Part shown: positions 51,031 to 61,279 of the stretch, in pieces
Layout of the letters: each line of letters opens with the position of its first letter
Position numbering within the stretch: the first letter of the stretch is position 1
Source: Candidatus Spongiisociaceae bacterium
GTDB taxonomy: Bacteria > Actinomycetota > Acidimicrobiia > Spongiisociales > Spongiisociaceae
DNA length: 64,000 nucleotides
Direction of reading: 5' to 3'
NCBI GenBank assembly: GCA_965262915.1
Contig: OZ253564.1
Coordinates: 128,001-192,000 of the forward strand
The notes under the pieces: generated by a model
Seen by the model: only the letters and a program-made list of their open reading frames with translations
Told to the model about the DNA's origin: nothing
Databases searched by the model: none
Translations under genes and position numbers: made by a program

Positions 51031-51630
51031 CTGAGCGGCAAACGCGTGTAGCGGTCCGGGCTCTCCGGATGATGGAAATGGCTCATCGGCCCGTTATCCA
51101 CAAAATGCTTGTGCCAGCGCGCCATCGACCCGGGATCGAGCTTGACGCCGAGGCCGGGGCCTTCGGGAACGCGGACGGTGTTGTTGGTCTGGCGGAAGGG
51201 TCCGCCATCGATGACGTCCCCGATCTGCCAGCGGAACAACGACTGCGACGGCTCGGTGATCCAGTGCGTCGCAGCCGTCAGATGTAGATAGGCCGCGGTC
51301 ATGATGCCGAGGTCATTTGAGTAGCACCAGAAGCCTTTGCCCATCGCCTCGCAAGCGGCGACGAATTTGAGCGTCGCCGTGATACCGCCGAGTGCCGCGA
51401 TGTTGCAGACAAAGGTATCGGGCGCCCCCAGTGCGACGGCGCGGCGCAAATCCGGCACATGGGTGGAGAAGGGGATCATCGTATGGCGGCGCAACTCCGC
51501 CATCTCCTCAAACGTTGCGACCGGGTCCTCGTAGTTGCGGATGTTGAACGCCTCGATCTCGCTCAACACCCAGCGGGCGGTGGTCAGCGACCATTGCATG
51601 TTCGAGTCGAGACGGATCATGGCGTCCGGC
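51027..51630 (-). pseudogene. Mandelate racemase / enolase-superfamily C-terminal fragment
   Basis: IRLD.N..W, YEDP, GGI and VPEGPGLGV.LD motifs; N-terminal half missing. Confidence 0.8.
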
Positions 51631-51675
51631 GAATACATAATCGGTCTTCCCATACTCCATTATCTCCCAACTAAT

Positions 51676-51704
51676 AGAGTCTCCGGGAAACCCGGGGCGA
51701 TTCA
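51676..51704 (+). mobile_element. IS3-family terminal inverted-repeat remnant
   Basis: AGAGTCTCCGGGAAACCCGGGGCGATTCA resembles IS6110/IS629-type right ends (ending CA). Confidence 0.65.
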
Positions 51705-53135
51705 CTTCGCGAATGGGTGGGGAGTAGGGGATCTGCCAGGGGGGATCGGAATCCACCAGAAGTGAGGAGGGGTCCTCCATAATCGGCTGTTGATAAGCGA
51801 CATCCGAGGCAGGAGGACCCCTGTGGAAGCTGATCCCTGCGCGCATGTGCGAGAAGTTGGTAGGCCTAGGCGACGTTGACCTGGTAGGGATCAACGACTC
51901 GGGCGAGGGTGCACCGCTTGGGGTGGTGATCGGGTCTCGCAAGCCCCGGCCGTCCTGTGAGGCCTGTGGTGGCCCGGTGTGGTCCAAGGGTGAGCGGACG
52001 GTGGTGTTATTTACCGGCGTTCGGCCGTCCGGTTCGGCTGCGGTGGCGGAAACGCCGTTGGACATGCCCGAACACCGACTGTGCGCTCAGATCGTTCATC
52101 GAGCAAGACCCCACGATTGGTCCCCAACGGGCGTTGTTGACATCCCGAGCGGCGAGGTGGGTGACCATCGGGGTGGGTGGGCGGGGTCGCCCGGTCGACG
52201 AGGTCGCCGCAGAGCTTGGTTGTGGGTGGCATACGGTGAACAACGAGGTCGGCCGCTGGGGCGAAGCCCTCCTGGGGGCCGACACCGACCGGATAGGCGA
52301 GGTCCAAGCTGTGGGCATCGACAAGAATCGTTGTTCTGGCGGAAAGGCCGGTGGCGAACCAAGCAGTGGTGCACCTCTGTCGTCGACGTGGGAGGCCACC
52401 AGCCGGTTCGACATAGTCGGTGGTAGAACGGCAGAAAGCGCCGCAGCCTGGTTCCGGGCGCAGCCCACCGAATGGTGTGAGGCTATCCGCTGGGCGGTGT
52501 CGGGTCATGTCCGGTTCGTATCGGAAGGCGTATGACAGGGTGCTGCCCCACGCCCCCGGGGTAGCGGACCCGTTCGGTGTCAGCCGCCTCGCCAACCAGC
52601 GTCTCGACGACCTACGACGAAGAGTCCAAAACGAAACCCTGGGACACAGAGGCCGCAAGGATGACCCGCTGTATCGGATACGCCGCCTCCTCACCGCCGC
52701 GCATGAGAGGATCAGCGACCGCGGTCAAACACGGCTGCGTGGCCTCCTCGATGCCGGTGACCCCCACGGGGAGGTACGCACAGCCTGGCACGCAACCGAA
52801 ACGGTACGGGGCATCTACGGGATCGAAAGTCCGGTCCTTGCTCTCCGATACACCCTCCAGCTCGCAGACGACCTCCAGGACGAATCCTGCCCACCCGAGA
52901 TCAACAAGCTCGGACGTACCATCGCCCGCTGGACCCCCCAGATCACCAACTGGCACATCTCGAAGGTAACCAACAGACGCCACCGAAGCCCTCAACAACC
53001 TAATCAAACGCATCAAACGAGCAGCGTTCGGGTTACCCAACTTCGCGAACTACCGAATCCGCGCCCTTCTCTACGCCGGGAAACCCAACTGGGACCTCCT
53101 CGCGACCGTCACTCCCCACTGAAACGCGATGAGCC
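51705..53135 (+). mobile_element. ISL3-family insertion sequence, second copy, frameshifted, left IR clipped
   Basis: Homologous to 36741-38178; right IR CTCCCCACTGAAACGCGATGAGCC; left IR lacks the first 4 bp. Confidence 0.92.
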
Positions 53136-53442
53136 CGAAAAGCTCGCTCTGCATGACGACATGCTCTTGGTCGCAACTGATCAGGGCTCGGTGGTCGGAA
53201 CGGCGATGGCCGGGTATGACGGCCATCGAGGCTGGCTCTACCGGGTAGCGGTATCACCCGAGCACCGTCGGCGAGGCATCGGCACGGCTCTGGTTCGCCA
53301 TGCCGTCGGCTCGCTGCACAAGCTGGGATGCGTCAAGGTCAACCTTCAGATACGGGCGGATAACCGCGCGGTCAGCAGCTTCTACGAATCACTCGGCTTC
53401 GCGGTCGAGGAGCGCGTCAGCATGGGCATGCGTATTCGCTGA
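53136..53442 (+). pseudogene. GNAT acetyltransferase (YpeA-like), 5'-truncated by ISL3
   Basis: VGTAMAGYDGHRGWLY.VAV.PE.RRRGIG...GC.KVNLQIR..N. Confidence 0.85.
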
Positions 53443-53530
53443 ACTATCGAGATCCACCAGCACCGGCTCGGTAGTACATCGCATCCGGCAAGGTGACCAT
53501 GCTCGCGTCCAAGGAACCGCGCGGGAAGGG

Positions 53531-54279
53531 TCACAAGTCGTTATGTAGTTCGTATGACGAGATGTGTTGGGCGCTGGAGGCTGTAAACGAACCGCCGGCC
53601 CAGTTGCTCCAACGGTGGCGTAGCCGCATGCCGGCGATCCTTGCCATTAGATCCAATTCGGCTGGCCACGTGTAGCGGAGCTTTATCGGCATCAACCTCA
53701 CGTCATCCTTACTGAGGATTAGATGGCACGAGTCTACGATTTGGTGTACCGGATTGTGACGCTCAATACTAAGTCGGCAGCGGTCGATTTCTACCGATTG
53801 AGCTGATACATTCTGTCCTCTGTTGAAGCGAGTGGCGTCCGGAACGAACGCCTCTCTTAGGAAGACACCGCGATTGGCCAAATGGCGAGCGACGTTCTGG
53901 AAACATCGGACTTGGGCTTCTTGAGTCAGTAGACCAAAGAATGTGTTGAACACTACGAAGATGAGCGAGTACTTGCCCTCGACTGCTACGTCGCTGAAGT
54001 CCCCTGGGGCGACCGGGATTTCTGCACCCCCCGGCTTTTGGTGTAGCTTTTCGACCGTCGCCTTCGAGAAGTCTATACCGTGGACTTCGACGCCCCGATT
54101 TGCTAACGGCAAGGCGATCCTGCCGGTGCCGATACCCAACTCTAGGGCTCGTCCGGTGGCTGCCAGTTCTACCAGCACGTCTACGATCGGATCAACATGT
54201 GCCGGATCGCTCAGTTCGGGATGCACCTCGTCGTGACCTCGGCCCACAGGTCACCATAGGTCGAGGCTTGATAATCCAT
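53531..54279 (-). pseudogene. Class I SAM-dependent methyltransferase with a 5' frameshift
   Basis: LELGIGTGR motif I, GD, FNT and ELDLMAR. The natural start MDYQASTYGDLWAEV is out of frame near 54235. Confidence 0.75.
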
Positions 54280-54678
54280 GTCGCTGCCCTTCTTCTGGTC
54301 GTTCCACCTGATCCGATTTCCACATCGCCACCAGGAACGAGTCTGTCCCCCTCAGTCTCGCATACGGGACCGTTGGTACAGAGAGTCGATCCTTAGCGGC
54401 CGATGACGCCCTGAGTTAGCCGGAATAGCCGTAGTGTATGAGCGATGGGCGGGATGCACACTCGAACTTGTCAGACGGCAGAGCAGGTCGTTCCACCGGC
54501 GCAGTGCTGTCGGGCGGATGACAGATGACGGATGGCGTTCACAGCGTTCACTGAGCGATGTGTAATGGTGGATCTTTAGGTAGACAAGGACGATCAGATC
54601 GTCGATCTCGCCGCGGTTCGTGAGGGCTACAAGCCCTGCCTGTCAAGGGACCAAAGGCATCGGCCCGGAGCGGAAGCG

Positions 54679-57600
54679 CTAACCGGGCGGTCCGTAGCCA
54701 CCGCCGCCCGGGGTGGCGATCTCGAACACGTCTCCCGGTCCGACCTCGGCCTGCGAGTTGCCGGCCATCTCCTCGATCCGCCCGTCGGAGCGGAAGATGC
54801 GGTTGCGGCCCACCGACCCGGGATCGCCGCCATCGACGCCGAAGGGCGCGATCACCCGGCGGGATGACAGGATGTTGACGGTCATCTCGTCACCGAACCG
54901 GACCCGGCGCACGGCGCCATCGCCGCCACGGTACCTGCCCCGCCCTCCTGACCCTTTCCTGACCTCGAAGCTATCCAGCCGGACGGGGAACCGCCACTCC
55001 AGCACTTCGGGATCGGTCAGGCGGGAGTTGGTCATGTGGGTGTGCACCGCGCTGCGACCGTCACGTCGAGGGGTCGCTCCCGCCCCGCCGCAGATCGTCT
55101 CGTAGTACTGGTAGCGGTCGTTGCCCCAGATGAAGTTGTTCATGGTTCCCTGCGACCCGGCCACCACCCCCAGAGCGCCGAAGAGCGTATCGACGATCTG
55201 CTGGCTGGTTTCGACGTTGCCGGCGATCACCGCGGCCGGGTATTCCGGGTTGATCATGGAGTTCTCCGGGAGCACGATGGTGATCGGCTTGAGACATCCT
55301 TCATTGAGGGGGATAACCGCATCCACGAGGCAGCGGAACACGTAGAGGACCGCGGCGTGCGCCACCGCCCGCGGGGCGTTGTAGTTACCCGGATGGATCC
55401 CGCTGGTCCCGGTGAAGTCCACCACGGCGGAGCGGTTCTCCCGGTCCACGCTGATCTTCACCTCGATACGGCTCCCGTCGTCCATGTCCCCCACGAAGGA
55501 CGAATCGGCCAAGGCGTCTATGACCCGGCGCACCGACTCCTCGGCGTTGTTCTGGACGTGGACCATGTAGGCGTGGACCACGTCGAGACCGTAGTGGTCG
55601 ATCACCGCCCGCAGCTCGGTGGTCCCCTTCTCGCACGCCGCCACCTGAGCCTTGAGGTCGGCGATGTTGTGCCCGGGGCTCCGGGCGGGGTAGGGTCCTC
55701 CGGCCAGCAGATCCCTCAACTCCTGCTCCTGGAACCTCCCCCCCGATACGAGGGTGAAGTTGTCGATGAGGATCCCCTCCTCCTCCACCGTCGTACTGTC
55801 CGCCGGGGCCGAACCTGGAGTCCGCCCACCGATGTCGGCATGATGTCCACGGGAGGCCACGTAGAAGATGACCGATTCCTCGGCCTGGTCGAAGACCGGT
55901 TTGACGACCGTGATATCGGGCAGGTGCGTACCGCCGTTGTAGGGAGCGTTCATCACGTAGCAGTCCCCGGGCGCCATCCCCTCGGAACCGCCCCGGTCGT
56001 GGATTATCGACTTGATCGACTCGCTCATCGAGCCGAGATGGACCGGCATGTGGGGGGCGTTGGCGATCAGGTCCCCTTGCGGGTCGAACAGTGCGCAGGA
56101 AAAATCGAGCCTCTCCTTGATGTTGACCGACACCGCGGTGTTCTCCAGGACCAGGCCCATCTGCTCGGCGATATTCATGAACATGTTGTTGAAGATCTCC
56201 AGGCGCACCGGGTCGGCGTCGGTGCCGATCGAAGTCCGCCGGGGCAGCGGGACCACCCGCTCCATCACCAGGTCGCCCGAGGCGGTGACCACCGCCTGCC
56301 AGCCCGGTTCCACCACCGCTGTGGAGGTCGTCTCGATGATCACGGCCGGGCCGGCCACCGGGTGGGCGGCGGGGATCGACGCCCGGTCGAAGAAGGGAGT
56401 GGGCACCCACCGACCCTCCACGTATGTCTCGTAGGTCTCCATCGGAGCGGGCTCCTCCGTGGCCACGGGTGGCAGACCGAGCGGCACCTCGTCGCTGTGC
56501 CCGACCACCTCCACCTGGATCGACTCCACCTCCAGGGGTGTCTCGGGAGAGAGGAAGCCGAAGCGCGCCACGTGCGCCGCCTCGAAACCACCGACAACGT
56601 CGGCCAGCGAGCCGGCCGTCACCTCCAGCGACGTGTCGGAGCCCCGGTACCTGACCCGCACCCTGCGCACCACTTCGGTGCGGTCCGTGCCGACCCCCTG
56701 GGCCCGCATGGCCGCAGTCCCGGCCGCCGCCAGATCCCCGAAGTCCCCTTCCAGCCGCGCCAGCAGGTCCTCGTCCAGCCGCCCCTCGACGGAGCGGTCT
56801 CGCACCACCCGCACATCGGCCAGCCCGATACCGAAGGCCGACAGGACCCCGGCGTAGGGGTGGCTCAGGACCCGCCGCATACCGAGGCTGTCGGCCACCC
56901 GGCAGGCGTGCTGCCCGGCCGCGCCGCCGAAGCACGCCACCGTGTAATCGGTCACGTCGTAACCCCGTTGCACCGAGATCTTCTTGATCGCGTTGGCCAT
57001 GTTCTCCACCGCGATGGCCAGGAAACCCTCCGCGACATCCTCGGGGGTCTGGGGAGTACCGGTGGCCGAAGCGATCTCGTCGCTGAGGGCACCGAAGAGG
57101 GACCGTGTGCAGCCGGCGTCGAGGGGTAGGTCGGCATCCGGTCCGAACACCTTCGGGAACAGATCGGCCTGGAGGCGTCCCAGCATCACGTTGCAGTCGG
57201 TGATGGCCGGCGGGCCCCCGTTCCCATAGCAGGCCGGTCCCGGATCGGCCCCGGCGGAGTCCGGCCCCACCGTGAGGCGGCTCCCGTCGAAGTGCAGGAT
57301 CGAGCCTCCCCCGGCCGCCACGGTGTGGATCAGCATCATCGGCGCCCGGACCCGCACTCCGGCGACCTCCGTCTCGTAGGTACGTTCCAGCTCGCCGGCG
57401 TAGTGGGACACGTCGGTCGAGGTCCCGCCCATGTCAAAACCGATCAGGCGGTCGTATCCGGCCGCCAGACCGGTTCGGACCATACCCACCACCCCGCCGG
57501 CGGGACCCGACAGGAGGGCGTCCTTGCCCTGGAAGGCGTGGGCGCCGGCCAGCCCCCCGTTGGACTGCATGAACATGACACGGGGGCGTTGCTCGGAGAT

Positions 57601-58314
57601 GGACGCCAGCTGCCGCTCGACCTGGTCTATGTAGCGGCGCAGGATGGGCGACAGGTAGGCGTCTACCACCGTGGTGTCTCCCCGCGCCACCAACTTCATC
57701 AGCGGGCTCACCTCGTGGCTGACCGATACCTGCCCGAACCCGAGCCGCCGGGCGATGGCGGCCACCCGCTTCTCGTGGTCGCGGTGGCGGTAGCCATGCA
57801 TGAACAGTATGGCCACCGAGTCGATACCCTCGGCCTTGGCAGCGACCAGCGCTTCTTCCACCGCGTTCTCATCCAGGGGAACGATCACCTCCCCGCGGGC
57901 GCCGATCCGCTCATCGACCTCGATCACCGATCCGTAGAGCATCTCCGGCATCTCGATGTCCAACTCGAACAGGTCGGGGCGGGTCTGGTAACCGATCAGC
58001 AGGGCGTCTCTGAAACCCTTCGTGGTCACCAGCACGGTCGGCTCCCCCTGGCGCTCCAGAAGGGCGTTGGTCGCCACGGTGGTGCCCATCTTCACGGAGT
58101 CGATCGGGGCCTCCATACCGGTCCGCTCCAGGAGCCTGCGGATTCCCTCGATCGCCGCATCGGGGTAGTGGCGGGGGTTCTCGGACAGGAGCTTGCCGGT
58201 GAGCACGTCTCCGCCCGGCGTCCGGGCCACCACGTCGGTGAAGGTGCCGCCCCGGTCGATCCAGAACTGCCAGCCGGCAGTATCAGACCTCGTAGTCGGT
58301 TCCTCGATGCTCAT
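54679..58314 (-). CDS. 5-oxoprolinase (ATP-hydrolysing)-type fused hydantoinase A/B
   Basis: [60 protein letters not shown] and TPGGGGYG motifs. Confidence 0.93.
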   Translation of the reverse strand: MSIEEPTTRSDTAGWQFWIDRGGTFTDVVARTPGGDVLTGKLLSENPRHYPDAAIEGIRRLLERTGMEAPIDSVKMGTTVATNALLERQGEPTVLVTTKGFRDALLIGYQTRPDLFELDIEMPEMLYGSVIEVDERIGARGEVIVPLDENAVEEALVAAKAEGIDSVAILFMHGYRHRDHEKRVAAIARRLGFGQVSVSHEVSPLMKLVARGDTTVVDAYLSPILRRYIDQVERQLASISEQRPRVMFMQSNGGLAGAHAFQGKDALLSGPAGGVVGMVRTGLAAGYDRLIGFDMGGTSTDVSHYAGELERTYETEVAGVRVRAPMMLIHTVAAGGGSILHFDGSRLTVGPDSAGADPGPACYGNGGPPAITDCNVMLGRLQADLFPKVFGPDADLPLDAGCTRSLFGALSDEIASATGTPQTPEDVAEGFLAIAVENMANAIKKISVQRGYDVTDYTVACFGGAAGQHACRVADSLGMRRVLSHPYAGVLSAFGIGLADVRVVRDRSVEGRLDEDLLARLEGDFGDLAAAGTAAMRAQGVGTDRTEVVRRVRVRYRGSDTSLEVTAGSLADVVGGFEAAHVARFGFLSPETPLEVESIQVEVVGHSDEVPLGLPPVATEEPAPMETYETYVEGRWVPTPFFDRASIPAAHPVAGPAVIIETTSTAVVEPGWQAVVTASGDLVMERVVPLPRRTSIGTDADPVRLEIFNNMFMNIAEQMGLVLENTAVSVNIKERLDFSCALFDPQGDLIANAPHMPVHLGSMSESIKSIIHDRGGSEGMAPGDCYVMNAPYNGGTHLPDITVVKPVFDQAEESVIFYVASRGHHADIGGRTPGSAPADSTTVEEEGILIDNFTLVSGGRFQEQELRDLLAGGPYPARSPGHNIADLKAQVAACEKGTTELRAVIDHYGLDVVHAYMVHVQNNAEESVRRVIDALADSSFVGDMDDGSRIEVKISVDRENRSAVVDFTGTSGIHPGNYNAPRAVAHAAVLYVFRCLVDAVIPLNEGCLKPITIVLPENSMINPEYPAAVIAGNVETSQQIVDTLFGALGVVAGSQGTMNNFIWGNDRYQYYETICGGAGATPRRDGRSAVHTHMTNSRLTDPEVLEWRFPVRLDSFEVRKGSGGRGRYRGGDGAVRRVRFGDEMTVNILSSRRVIAPFGVDGGDPGSVGRNRIFRSDGRIEEMAGNSQAEVGPGDVFEIATPGGGGYGPPG

Positions 58315-58344
58315 GGTGGGTCCTTGCGCTGCTCGGGCGGCCGG

Positions 58345-59430
58345 CTAGGTGGAGCCGCCCGGTGTGGGAGTCAGGATCCGCCTGGGGTTCTCCACCAGCA
58401 TGTTGTGTATCTGCTGTTCGGTCACCCCCAGACGCCGCAGCAATGGTACCGCCCACTCCAGCACCAGCGAGTAACCCGACCCGCCATAGCGTTTCCACAG
58501 CATCCGCATCCCCACGTCCTGGGCCATCACGATCTGGCGGTCATAGCCCTCCTTGCAGAGGATGGCTATGGAGTTGACGCGTTCGATGTCGGATGGCATC
58601 CGGCACCCACCCAGGAACCCGGGCGCGTTGATGCCCTCGTACCCGAATGTGTCGTAGGAGACGGTGGCTCCCCGGTCCAGCAGCCTCCGGTGGTAGTCGA
58701 GGTGGTCGAGACTCAGATCGCAGTGGCTGAGGTAGAAGCTGTCCAGATCGGCCCCCTCCTGCTCGATCAGATCCAGGTATGCCTCGCCCACCGTGGCGAT
58801 GCCCCCTCCCCGGGCATCGAAGATGGAAGGGTGGATGGTGAAACCCACCCCGGTCCTGATCTGGGTACGGCAGGCCGCCCGGAGGATCTTCTCCTCCTCG
58901 GCGTGATACGGCAGCGGATCCTCGGAGCAGGCACACTCGCCGATGGAGCCGGCCCTGATCCCGGTATCGCCGATTCCCTCCTCGATCTCCTCCACCATCA
59001 GATCGGCCACCTGGTCGGCGTCCATCCTCCTCACCCAGTCCGGGTGCGTCGCGTGCTTGTAGAACCCGGTGGTGGTGATGATGTTCAGTCCGGTCGCCTC
59101 CGCGATCCGGCGCAGGGCCACGGGGTCCCGGTTGAGGCCGACGCCGGTGTTGTCGACCACCGTCCTCCCGCCGCGAGCGGCGAAGTGACCCAGTTCCTCG
59201 GCGGCGATCCCCTCGTCGTTGAGCGACATGTTCTCCAGGTTGGGCGCGCCACGGCGGAGGGCGCCGAGGATGTCTATCGTGATCGGCAGGTCCCAGTAGG
59301 GGAAATCGGAGTGGTCCTCCCGGTCCGCGTAGAGGGCGGGTCCCCCGCCCGAATACACGTGTTCGTGCAGGGAGACGACTCCGAGTTCATCCGGGCTCAC
59401 GGGTCCGGTGACCGTCTGGATCATGTTCAT
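58345..59430 (-). CDS. Phosphotriesterase-related protein (PTER/PHP-like)
   Basis: IQTVTGP, LHEH, TGFY, GSIGE, IHP, SHCD, AQD and NPRR motifs. Confidence 0.9.
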   Translation of the reverse strand: MNMIQTVTGPVSPDELGVVSLHEHVYSGGGPALYADREDHSDFPYWDLPITIDILGALRRGAPNLENMSLNDEGIAAEELGHFAARGGRTVVDNTGVGLNRDPVALRRIAEATGLNIITTTGFYKHATHPDWVRRMDADQVADLMVEEIEEGIGDTGIRAGSIGECACSEDPLPYHAEEEKILRAACRTQIRTGVGFTIHPSIFDARGGGIATVGEAYLDLIEQEGADLDSFYLSHCDLSLDHLDYHRRLLDRGATVSYDTFGYEGINAPGFLGGCRMPSDIERVNSIAILCKEGYDRQIVMAQDVGMRMLWKRYGGSGYSLVLEWAVPLLRRLGVTEQQIHNMLVENPRRILTPTPGGST

Positions 59431-59737
59431 TCGCCACATCCTCCGTAAGGACAACCGGATCTTATCGGGCGCGAATGCCGTACAACGGGCGAAGTGGAAC
59501 GGCGCCGGGAACGAGACCGTGCTCGGGTTGTGCACGAGCGCGGTCTCGAGACGGATCAGCTGTGTCCGGCCGCCGTAGAAGATCGACAAGTTGTCACCAA
59601 TGACCAGTTGAGACCGTGAACGACGAGCAAACCGGTTGAAGGTCAATCACCCCAGGGCTAGGCTCGCCCGAAGGGCCGGACTGGCCTCCAGATGCTCAAA
59701 CGGACTCTGGTTGCCAGTCGGCGGGAGGAGGTTCGCA

Positions 59738-61114
59738 GTGGTGCTTCGGAGCAGGAGAGAAGTTCTCAGGGATTCGATGAAGATAGGGGGTGGTCTGGCC
59801 CTGTTCGGTGTCGCCGCTTGCGGAGATGACGAGCCTGCGGCCACGACCGCAGCAGCTACCACTGCGGCGCCGACCACGGCCGCTGCTACTACCGCAGCCC
59901 CCACCACCATGGGCAAGGAGGCGGTGACGATCTCGATCCTGACCGCCGACCAATCGGCTGTTCAGTTCTTCAACGACATCGGCCCTGACTTCGCCGCGAT
60001 GCACCCGGATTACGACATCACGTTCGATATCCCGGCCGAGCAACCGGCCGAGGTACGGCAGCGGGTTCTCGACCAGTTGGCAGCCGGTGAGAAGATCGCC
60101 GACAGCGTCGATCTCGACAGCGAGGACACGTGGAACTCGGCTCTAGCGGCGGGTCTCCACGAGTCAGGGCTGTATGACTTCACGGACGCTGCCCAACCGT
60201 GGGTGGACCAGATAGCGGGGGGTATGCGCGAGGGTAAGTTCAAGGGAAGGTTTTACGGTATTCCCGGGCTCCTGTCGGCGGTCACCTACTACTACCGTGC
60301 CGATCTCTTCGAGCAGGCCGGGATCAGTGCCGATTTCGGATCCTGGGACAATTTCATCGAAGGCGGAAAGAAGCTCAAGGCAGCGACCGGCGCCAACATC
60401 ATGATCATCGAGGACAGCACCTCGAGGCATTTTAATTACATGATGCCGCACGCCGGCGGAAACGCCTTCGACGAGGAAGGCGCAGTGAACATCGACGCTC
60501 CCGAGAATCTCGAGGCCCTCGAGACGCTCGTCCGGATGGTTCGTGAAGACATCGCCTTCACGACCAGCGAGTTCTACGGCGCCGGGACTTTCCAGGCCTA
60601 CCGGGACGACGTGATCGGCGGAGCGTACATGCCGAACTGGTACGGCGACCTTCTGCTCCCTCCGAACCTGCCTGAGCACCAGGGCAAGTTCAAGATGGCA
60701 GCGCCTCCGATGTTCGAAGCCGGTTACACCAGCGCACGGGGCGGGGCTCCCATCTACCCGGTTCTGGCCGGCCCGCATCAGGAGTTGGTGTTCGACTTCC
60801 TCGCCTTCGGGTTCCTATCGGTGGAGAACAACGTCAAGAGGTTCGAGGACTTCGCGACGCCTCCCATGAACCTGGCGGCGTACGACGATCCGGCGCTTGC
60901 CGAGGCGGTGCATCCCTACCTGGAGCAGCCCGTCGCTCCGGTATACACGGCGATGATCAAGAACTTCGCCGCCGTCAACACCCACCCCCTCCTCATACGT
61001 GCTTACGACTATCTCACCACCAACACCGTGCCGCCCGTCTTGGCGGGGGACAAGGAACCGGCAGCCGCCCTCAAGGAGGCGGCGGACGCGGTCCGGGCGA
61101 TGGCCGGAGAGTGA
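59738..61114 (+). CDS. Carbohydrate ABC transporter substrate-binding lipoprotein (Tat signal)
   Basis: SRREVL twin-arginine signal, VAAC lipobox and YYYRADLFEQAG; GGAGGAGG RBS. Confidence 0.88.
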   Translation: MVLRSRREVLRDSMKIGGGLALFGVAACGDDEPAATTAAATTAAPTTAAATTAAPTTMGKEAVTISILTADQSAVQFFNDIGPDFAAMHPDYDITFDIPAEQPAEVRQRVLDQLAAGEKIADSVDLDSEDTWNSALAAGLHESGLYDFTDAAQPWVDQIAGGMREGKFKGRFYGIPGLLSAVTYYYRADLFEQAGISADFGSWDNFIEGGKKLKAATGANIMIIEDSTSRHFNYMMPHAGGNAFDEEGAVNIDAPENLEALETLVRMVREDIAFTTSEFYGAGTFQAYRDDVIGGAYMPNWYGDLLLPPNLPEHQGKFKMAAPPMFEAGYTSARGGAPIYPVLAGPHQELVFDFLAFGFLSVENNVKRFEDFATPPMNLAAYDDPALAEAVHPYLEQPVAPVYTAMIKNFAAVNTHPLLIRAYDYLTTNTVPPVLAGDKEPAAALKEAADAVRAMAGE

Positions 61115-61279
61115 CAGACCGACACCGTCGCCCGTATCACGGACCGCGGTGTAAGAAACAGCAACTTGCTTGAGCAATGACGAGCGGACCGAGCCGTCGT
61201 TGGCGGACGGGTAACCACCGTCGTCCGACGGCGCCCGGTCTCGCCATCGCCGAGTATCCCGATATGGGACCGGGCTGAG

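Noticed and set aside
36741-53135. Composite transposon bounded by the two ISL3 copies
   Set aside because: Copy 1 has its own TSD on both sides, so it inserted independently; the outer flanks do not match.
52420-53442. Transposase-GNAT fusion protein (likewise the ORFs 28874-30655 and 38245-39501)
   Set aside because: Chance in-frame read-through across fragment junctions or overlapping frames, not true fusions.
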